NCBI GenBank assembly: GCA_964016885.1
Contig: OZ024740.1
Coordinates: forward strand, 193,440,001 to 193,504,000
Length of the DNA stretch: 64,000 nucleotides
Direction: 5' to 3'
From: Eledone cirrhosa
Lineage: Eukaryota
Shown: positions 54,137-64,000 of the stretch, piece by piece
Layout: the number at the start of each line of letters is the position of its first letter
How positions within the stretch are numbered: position 1 is the first letter of the stretch
Translations under genes and position numbers: made by a program
The notes under the pieces: generated by a model
Databases searched by the model: none
What the model saw: the letters and a program-made list of their open reading frames with translations, nothing else
What the model was told of the DNA's origin: nothing

Positions 54137-57100
54137 CTGATAGGAGAAATATTTATTATTAGTACTGAGTAAAAGTTTTAGCAATGAATTCTTGCGTTGA
54201 CCCTTTTAATTAAATATCAGAGAATACAATGGATCAACATTACATTTATCATTAAAGTACACATTGTTATTCGAGGAATCTTTCAGTAATTGATTTTACT
54301 AAATGTTAATTAATAGAATGCTAGAACACACATTACACAAACGTAAAATATCCTGACATAGTACGGCACAATATGTTAAGCCAAAGATAATTATCCCATA
54401 TAGATCTAGCTAAATATATAGAATTTAGGAACGATGATACCCAAACTGAATCAATAGTTACGTAGCATAACATATAATCCTAACACTCCGAAGTAATTCT
54501 TTGTTAATTGTTCATCAAAAATAGAAATAGACAAAAATCTTTAGTAGAAGAAGCAACATTATAATAATCTAAACTAACTATATATAATTGTACTCTTTTT
54601 TCTCTTAGTCTCCTGAGATATTTATTCTTCTGTATATTCCCATGATGTAAAATATATACGAAATGTAGAAATGAAGTGCCATCTGCAAGCTAAATATAGT
54701 AAAACTACAAATATAATAATGTGAGAAATATTTAAACATCGTTAGGGAAACATTTTCCAAAGCCATAACCAGCTAAACAGGCAAATCTAAAATAGCGCCA
54801 GTTCTATGGAATTAGATATGTCCTAAACGACTTCATGTACATTTTCGTAAGTTTATCTGATGATATTCTGAAGTTAAAGTTATAAAAGATATGTCATACA
54901 AATTATTGTTATCTGGGGTAGAATCTGCAAATTGAGGTTATCTGAACTATATTCCCAAATTGGAAATATGTTTTAAAAAATTCAAGTTCCAGAATTTTAG
55001 TTTAGCTGAAAATTTCTATACCAATTGATCCTACTGATAAGATCAATTTCCTGCAAATAGAAGTGAACTAAGCTATATTATTCAGTTTGAATTTATCTGA
55101 ATAATGTTTGGCAATGTGAGGTTATATTGATGTATAAACTTCACACTTTTACACTTTAACACTTTTTCTTCTACCAGTCGATTGGAAGCTACGACTGATC
55201 TGTATATATACATGTGCATCGCCTTCAAGGGAGTATCGCTGCAACCGACATCTCATGTTATTTTTAAGTCTGGTATTTATTCTATCGAACTATACTTGCT
55301 TGAATTCTACGTTATGTGGCATGAACAGAGAAGACAGGTATCTAAGTGTTGTTGAGGTAATCACACACACACGCACACACATACACACACACACACGCAC
55401 AATACACACACGCATAAACACATAGCTAGATTCATAAATTAGAAAATTTAGTGACTCCCAACACTATAAATGACTGAAATTGTCATTAACACTTTTAAAA
55501 AATAAAATCCAGTTACTGTTGTCTTTAACTAGAAAACGTTATGCCATTTAAATGCACATTCTTATTTGATCAGGTCAGGTTTCGGTCTGCTACTGGTATT
55601 ATGTAACTCATTACAACCTGGTAGAGTGGATTGCCACTAAACAGGCAACTAAACAGGCTCTTTCATAAAACCCTGGTCTGGGGATGAGTATAAGTGGAAC
55701 CCCTGCATCAAAAAATAATATTTGCAAAAAGGGTGGATGCACATTTTAAAATCAACGTCTATCCACCTCAAATATGAGTTAAATAGTCTCACCAACCAGC
55801 AATTGGACAAAAGTGGGTAGTATGGCTGCACCAATGACGTGACGATAACATAGCAGAAGGTGGTAGAGGACAACAAGGGAGGGGTGTTTTAAAAGAAATT
55901 AGAAGGAGCTGAATTGGATTGGATTGGAATGGATAAGATTGTTATTTCCTGTTTTTGAAGTATTTTTGATTAATATCAAGAGCACATACGAATGCCGAAA
56001 CATTCAATCAAGATGTGAATGGTCACTGATGAGGAATTAATTGAAATGAGAAACACGGAAATATCATACAGCAAGAAGTTGAATATTAAGTGCGACGCAT
56101 TGTATTTATATTTCACACACACATAGTTACCCCTGAATGCAATACTATTAAAACATTACAGCTCCTTGTGTAATTGACAAGAACATTGTAATATTTACAA
56201 ACGTCTCCTACGCTTGTAGAACTAGATGAACTGGATGCAAAGAAGACTCATACAATCGGCTTATGACAGATGTAATCAGACAATATGAAAACGAATTACG
56301 TGGTGTTGAACATTAGCAAAATCAAATATAATTTTGTACTAATTATGCACACGTATATACACATAGACACACACACACATATATATATACACATATATAC
56401 ATACATATATATATACATATATATATGTGTATTTATATATATATATATACACATAAATATATATATATGTAATCATGTGTGTTCGTGTGTGTTTGTGTGT
56501 GTGTATGTTTGTACATATGCATACTAACATTTATGTATCAGCTGTGCTAGGGCGACAACTAAAATTCTAATTATATTTTCAATATTCGGCAAGGCCAGCC
56601 GTAACTCGCTCTGTATGCAAATGAGGCTGCTCAACTGATGTGCACTTAAGAAAACACTATATATTTTTAACTGTTCAACAGGCTGGCAGAGTTATACAAT
56701 CCCGATTGAGGGTAATGACCCGGAAACATGTTGATTGTTCCTCAAAGCTTGTGTTCGAACAAACAAGTGACGTTTGGTCACCCACACGGCACACTTTCAA
56801 TTCAGGCTGTTTGTTTACAAACAAAACGAACATTATACTTAATGTTCGATATAAGCCATACATACATGTGTGTGTATGAAATACATTTCTAACTAAATAT
56901 ATATATACATATATATATATAAATGTGTGTGTGTGTGTGTGTGTGTGTATGTCTGAGTGTGTATGTGTGTGTGTGCATATATATATATATATATATTTAA
57001 AAGAATAGAGGTGTAACACACAAGTTTTTATATATTGGTAAACGGAATAGAAAATGGTGACAAATTGTTCACAGTGAAAAATAGTTTAATTAGGAATAAG

Positions 57101-57512
57101 TGAGAATTAGTAATTGTATTGGTTAGTATTCAGTTTTGGTTTTAAGTTTTACCGGTTGCGCATTTCGAATGCTTTTCAAAAATAATTTTGAGATAGAGCG
57201 TCCGTGATGTTTGCTCAGAGCAAATATTTTATCGAAAAAGCTCATGTCTCTCTAGGAGGATTTAAGATACGCCTACATGTCCAAACTGAAGAACTGGCAA
57301 AGACACAGACACTTAGATATTCCTAGCGAAACGCATGCTTTCGGACAATGCATTTATTGTTTTACGTAATAAAATATATCTATATATTTGGCGGTGGTGG
57401 TGGTGGTGGTGGTGGTGGGCTGGGGTCGAGGTATGTATATATATATGTGTATATATACTAATAATAATAATGGTGAAGACTAAAATCCGAGGAGTTCTCG
57501 ATAAAGATAATG

Positions 57513-57563
<51 letters not shown>

Positions 57564-57715
57564 GAATGGAAAAAATGAACTTTTATTTCTCACTCTTAGT
57601 AAGGCTGATACTTAAATATAAGTATGTATACGTACTAACATATATGTATACAGACGTACAGTAGTATGTGTATATACATACACACATGCACACATATATA
57701 TATGTACATTTAAAT

Positions 57716-57759
<44 letters not shown>

Positions 57760-58312
57760 TTATACATACTATATTTTTATATATATATATACAATCGTTT
57801 TTAAATGGATGCTTAAGACATCTACACTAATATTTATACGGTCATAGATGTAGATAGACAATTGGATAGATGAGCAAATCAATATATAGCTACTACAAGG
57901 CATCTGGTATAACGTACATGATATTTAGGTAGACGTGTAGAAACTGATTCATATCTCTGTGACAATCTCTTCAGGCAACAGAAAGTTATCTGAAGTTCGG
58001 TGCACACTATTGAAAATAGATCAGTATTGTTGTAACGTTACAAAGATGGTTAATACATATTGAATAAAGATGATTTTTATATTCAATATAATTGCTTCAA
58101 CTAACCAGTATGATGTAAGGTGTCACACAGTGCAAACTAGCCACAAGGGTTTTTCAGGATATTAGATAACATTATTCATGAATTCCCTTTTCAATTAAAA
58201 TACTAGAGAAAACTGACTTCATGCTCTAGACAGAAAACTGTTTCTGTATTCACTAGCGGAGACATACGTGTGTACAGCATTTCTCACTCTGAATATATGA
58301 ATGAACGAATGA

Positions 58313-58349
<37 letters not shown>

Positions 58350-58611
58350 CGTGAGTGTGTGTGTGTGTGTGTCTGTGTGTGTGTGTATGTGTGTGTCTGT
58401 GTGTGTGTGTGTATGTGTGTGTGTGTGTGTAATGATTAAATGTATTAATGTTGGTAGTCCACTAGGGACGTAGAAATCAATGTTGGTAATGGAGTCAAGA
58501 TCAGGTTAGCAAACAGCAGTCTTTTTTATGTGCACATGTTTGTAACAAGATACATCCATTCATGTACGACCCATTGTGTATCTTTATATGACTTTGTGTG
58601 TATATTCTGTT

Positions 58612-58649
<38 letters not shown>

Positions 58650-58651
58650 AG

Positions 58652-58689
<38 letters not shown>

Positions 58690-58839
58690 CTTATATTGTT
58701 ATACTTGGGGAGGGTCATATTTGTGTAATATTGCCAGAATTAATAACAGAACACACTCACTGTTTGGTTGGTTATCGCTTCTCGCTTCTGTGTCTTTTAT
58801 ATATATATATATGTATGTATGTATATATATATGTATGTA

Positions 58840-59625
58840 TCATAAATACCGCTCCATTTTTAACGGATACAAAGTAAAACTAGGATACTCCTGCGCTAAG
58901 ATCAAGAAGGCCCACATCAGCAGCGGCCCAAGGAGCAACACTCCATTCAGGGTGCTCTTGCCGTAAGCCCGAAGCTTGTCCCCTTCAACAACAATGCAAC
59001 ACACCCGCTGTAATGTATAAAGCTGTGGTCACTTGCAACTGACCAAACCAAGCACAGGAGGTCAAATGCTATGTGGGCATAGCGGAGGGCCGATTTAAGG
59101 AACGTTTCCTGGACCACCAGTCGACCTTTAGGTACCCAGACAGACGTTAATCAACGACACTCGCGAGCCACGTATGGTCCCTCAACGTCTCAAGTATAGA
59201 CCACTCCATTCAATGGAAAGTCATCACTAGTTCCAAGCCATACGCAAGGGGAAATCCAAATAAATATTCTAAAGACATTATGCAACAGTGATTGCCTAAA
59301 CACGAGAAATGAATTATTCACACGTTGTACACACGTCTCGAAACACCTCTTGCGTAAAAACAACGCTCCGCATTGATTCATTAGAACAACATGATCATTT
59401 TCTTATCAACTAAACACTTTTCGGACTTTCGCAGTCATCTCCCTTACACCTCTCGCACGCATTTTAGTATTGCCTGTGTGAAGTGACCGGTTTCAGCGCA
59501 CGCGCGTTCGTACGGTTGTCCTTCCTGTTCCGTATAACCATGTCCATTACGAGCTGAAGATCCACTAAGGTGAAACAATTGTTCTCGGTATGGTGAACTA
59601 ACTGTTGTATTAACACTTCTATATA
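58840..59625 (+). mobile_element. PLE 3' fragment (GIY-YIG remnant)
   Basis: [24 protein letters not shown]...YVGIAEGRFKERFLDHQSTFRYP, TTLASHVWSL, IQWKVI. Confidence 0.75.
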
Positions 59626-59641
59626 TATATATATATATAGT

Positions 59642-59953
59642 TAATAAAGAATAGAGGTGTAACACACAAGTTATTATATATTGGTAAACGGAATAGAAAA
59701 TGGTGACAAATTTTTCACAGTTGAAAAATAGTTTAATTAGGAATAAAAGAGTATTAGTAATTGTATTGGTTAGTATTCAGTTGTGGTTTTAAGTTTTTAC
59801 CGGTTGCGCATTTAGAAATGCGCAACCGGTAAAAACTTAAAACCACAACTGAATACTAACCAATACAATTACTAATACTCTTTTATTCCTAATTAAAATA
59901 TTTTTCAACTGTGAAAAATTTGTCAGCATTTTCTATTCCGTTTACCAATATAA
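59642..59953. repeat. Fold-back repeat (family also at 56998-57170)
   Basis: ~137-bp arms centred on ccggttgcgcattt-ag-aaatgcgcaaccgg (~59815). Confidence 0.88.
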
Positions 59954-59964
59954 TATATATATAT

Positions 59965-61702
59965 ATTGTTATACTTTGGGAGGGTCATGTTGCCAATAAG
60001 AAACACACGCACCATGCTTTCACTTCAATTTATTATAATAAATTCATAAATTTAGGAATTTATAAATTTCTGGTTGGTTGGTTGGTTCCACAACCAGTTG
60101 ATTGTTTATATATAAGTTCTTTCGTCACATATTCTCTCACCTCTTCAGTGACTGGAGATTTTTTCTTTGTGTTTGTGCCTCTCCTCTGTTCTGTCCTACG
60201 CCATCTTGTTTTTGTGTGTGTGTTGTGTGCTTAGTTTGAGCATGTGTTACATCCGGGTGTCTGTGTGTGTTTATATTCGTTTATTTATTTGTTTATTTGC
60301 ATGTTACTGGTTGGTTGTTTGTTCTATGTGCGTGTGTGTTTTCATTTTGTCCTTAATTGTAAGTATTGTTGTTGCTGTTCCACTCATGTTTTCTATTTTA
60401 ATTTGGTTGGAGTTCATTTATGTTTATTGCCTCTGTGATTTGTCTAAATATTGCATCTTTTCTGTGTGTAGATTCTATTTTTATTTCTATGTTCTCTAAT
60501 TTACCCTTATGTTCTATTTTAGCATGTTGGTAGAGTACACATGATTCTTTACTATCTTGAAGGTATCGCCAGTGTTCATTTATCCGTTCCGCTATACTAC
60601 GAGCTGTCTCGCCTATGTACACTATATTTTTATCTCTACATTGTCCTTCAGTTCATCTTATGCTATATACTACATTTCTAGTTTTACAGTTAATATGGGG
60701 GCTTAATTTACAGATTATACATTTCTTATCTATACAGAGAGGTCTTTGAAAAGGGTATATATTGCTAATAAGTGTTTTTATGGTGGTACCTGGTCTTTCT
60801 ACTATCTTAATATGGAGTTTATGTTTATCTAGGTCATTTCTAAATTTGTAAGCTAATTCACCTCTAGCGGTTGTATCGATGAACATTTCACTCTGGTATT
60901 TATTGCTATCATACCATGAGTTTATTATATTTGCCTTATTCCTAGTTCTTTCTCTTTTATTCCAAAATTTGCTCTTATACAAGTGGCAGGTCCCATTTGT
61001 GTCGTTATTTACCATTTTTTTCCCATTTGGTTCTGGCTCCTCTATATACTCTGATTTTATCTCTCTGATTGTAACCAGAGAACTGCATACGGTGGATGAA
61101 GTGTTGTATGTGTCTCTCTAGTTCTTCGGGGTTGCACATGCGGGACACGTTTCTCATCACCCGTACCAAATCCGCAATCAGTATGTTGATTTTGGTATGG
61201 TCCGAAACAGCTGAGTTTCGGTGGATCAGGTATTTGGACAAAATGAAAATTAAGGACAAAATGAAAACACACACGCACATAGAACAAACAACCAACCAGT
61301 AACATGTAAATAAACAAATAAATAAACGAATATAAACACACACAGACACCCGGATGTAACACATGCGCAAACTAAGCACACAACACACACACAAAAACAA
61401 GATGGCGTAGGACAGAACAAAAGAGAGGCACAAAAACAAAGAAAAGAATCCCCAGTCACTGAAGAGGGTACAGATTGTGTGACGACAGAATTTTGACAAT
61501 ATATAAACAATCATCTGGTTGTGGAACCAACCAACCAGAAATTTATAAATTCCTAAATTTATAAATGTATTATAATAAATTGGAGTGAAACTGCTGGTGC
61601 GTGTGTTTCTTATTGGCAACATGACCCTTCCAAAGTATGACAATATCAGTCTCAACACACGTTTTCAGATAAAGAATCTTGTTAAACAAATTCAGAAACG
61701 AA

Positions 61703-61706
<4 letters not shown>
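59965..61706. mobile_element. 5'-truncated PLE (minus-strand coding 60398-61240) with inverted 3' UTR copy 61235-61706
   Basis: HRNSAVS..TKINIL..DLVRVMRN, RMQFSGY, KIVERPG, NCKTRNVVYSI..YIGETARSIAERINEH, RQITEAI.I...P; (TA)n flanks. Confidence 0.88.
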
Positions 61707-61743
<37 letters not shown>

Positions 61744-62216
61744 TATATGTATATAAATAATATGCATACAGACATATATATTTATATATATATATATGTG
61801 TGTGTGTGTGTATCCACATATAAGTACACGTAGAGAGACTGGGTGGCGACAGAGACATAGAGAGGAGAATGGCGAGTGTAAACTGTTTGATAAGAATCTT
61901 CGAATTATTACTCACCCATATATTATATTTATTTAGTAGTAAATATATTTATCGATGAAAACTGTTTAGAAACATTACTATAATAATTATATATCTTGTT
62001 GTCACAAGGCATGTAAATATGCGCAATGCGAATATGAGTGCAGAGGCGTAGCAGTCTGCCGTTCTTAATTTCAATATGACCCTCACTAAGGCAGCTTTCA
62101 CTTGATGACAGCATACAGATTATCAGAGAAAGACGCTATGGGAATAACCAGAATACACTATTCGCTACACACACACACATACACTCACAGACAGACATAC
62201 ATACACACACATATGA

Positions 62217-62320
<104 letters not shown>

Positions 62321-63889
62321 AAGAAAATTAACAAAAAAAGTACAAGACAACGAATGGAAACAAAACAAAACGAAACACAATTTCTAATTGGAAACCTTAA
62401 AAAAATGTTTTTTAAAAATAAATATGCAAACGAATGACACAGAACTCCACTTTCATATGCTGTTGAGATGGACTTGGGCAGTTTCCATCCCTACCAACTT
62501 TACTGCTGATCCATCCGGGATCACAGCCTCTTACATAACCCAACGATGTGCAGGGGAGTAACAGACGAGAGACAAAACAATAATTTATAGCTTTAAGCTA
62601 CAAAATTCATAGAAAATTTTATGACGGCAGGGAAAATCTTGGTGCCTCAGAGCACGAGAAATGAATGAAACAAGATAAAAGGAAGAAACAAGGAAGAAAA
62701 AATCCAGGGACGGAGTAATATCGCCCAGTTAACGGGAGAAAGGTAATTCTCGTAAGCCCTTTTACGTCTCTGTGTCATAAAAAAGAAGAGATTTTCTAAG
62801 AGCAAAGAAATGGTGCTCGGAATGCTCGCAATATGTTGGAATTCATGGATATAAATTTAGTCTACTGTTAAACAAATTTCATAGGATTGTTTACGTGTCC
62901 AGAGACAAATATAATGAAATAGCCTCACAATATTAAAAGTAGTTATATATGTATCTGAAGCTCAATACCTAATTAGTTTGATCATATTCCTTCTTATGAA
63001 CTAATTTGAATATCCTGTTATTAATATCTTACTTCTTGATTCACCACTGAGGCAGGTTGGGAAAAGTTTTCCCTTCCAAGGATGCACATTTTCAGAGAAG
63101 GAAACAGAGGAGCGAGGGGGAAATCGGCACTACTTCTTTATGTAGGGATCGAAAGTAATGTTGACTTAGGCAGGATTTAATATCCAAGCGCAAGGGCTAT
63201 AGCAGATCTTGCAACAAAAATCATTCTTTTCGAAGATCTTAGAACTCTATTAGTTTACAATTTCGATTCAGAGCTGAACAACATACCCTTCCTTCACTCT
63301 TTACAGCCTTTCTATTTCGACTGGCTTCAAGCAACGGTGATACCACATGAGCATAATTAACCCAGATGGGCAGCAGTGAAGACCGATAAACGTTACGTTG
63401 AATAAATTAATTTTCGTAACAAATGATTGGATGAATCCTCACTGGTAGTAAAACAACCATGGAACTTATAATAACGAGTTTATGAGATTCTTACCATGGT
63501 ATATTCCTTTATGCATATAATTAAAATACGTTGTTTAATACATTTTAAATACATAGAAAGGACAAGTATGAATTGATATGAAAGCCATAATTAACGACAA
63601 CGTTATACAGATTAACGGATGTCATAGATTTGCAATTAGGTAACGTTGTGTGTGTATGTGTGTGTGTGTGTATGTATGTGTGTGTGTATGTATAGTTATA
63701 TATATATATATGTATATATATATATACTCTTTTACCTGTTTCAGCCATCCGACTGAGGCCATGCTACCAGCACCTCAGTATGCAGATTGGAGCACTCGAC
63801 GAAGTGCGCAGGTTGGTTCGGTTAATCCGGATTAAAGTAAAACAAAATAAAATAAATAAGTCAAACGTTAAAATTTGGCTTCGTTTATT

Positions 63890-63944
63890 ACTGCTATATA
63901 TATTTCGGTGACAACCATCTTTGGCTGTGACCTCTTCAGGCAGT
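63890..63944 (-). ncRNA. Type I hammerhead ribozyme
   Basis: actgc CTGAAGA GGTCACAGCCA aaga TGGTTGTCACC GAAA TATATA TA gcagt. Confidence 0.82.
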
Positions 63945-64000
63945 CCGAATTAGTGTTATTAGTGATATTATAACTGTTTCTACTTCTGGCACAAGGCCAG

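Noticed and set aside
56026-56056. CTGATGAGGAATTAATTGAAA motif
   Set aside because: Stems I and III cannot be formed; at most a decayed remnant
61005-61658. 217-aa hydrophobic ORF
   Set aside because: Chimeric frame: antisense of the inverted UTR fused to the PLE RT thumb at the inversion junction

Overview
Gene-poor, repeat-saturated eukaryotic DNA. The tRNA-type SINEs and dense (TA)n/(CA)n microsatellites resemble octopod cephalopod genomes (inference). No host gene could be supported. The window is dominated by Penelope-like retroelements (PLEs; RT + GIY-YIG) of at least five families and by short non-coding units that each carry a type I hammerhead ribozyme. Most of these sit in (TA)n tracts and have a tandem + fold-back architecture. 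The standout is an ~8.5-kb head-to-head concatemer (5663-14133) of ~14 near-identical 595-bp non-coding units. Each unit has a hammerhead with the U3-A8 core covariation and a palindromic stem III, which suggests rolling-circle reverse transcription of a retrozyme-like circular RNA. Also present: an internally deleted Gypsy LTR element, an internally deleted Helitron, mariner remnants, RTE/CRE/Tx1-like LINE fragments and SINEs. Most ORFs in the supplied track are microsatellite artefacts.
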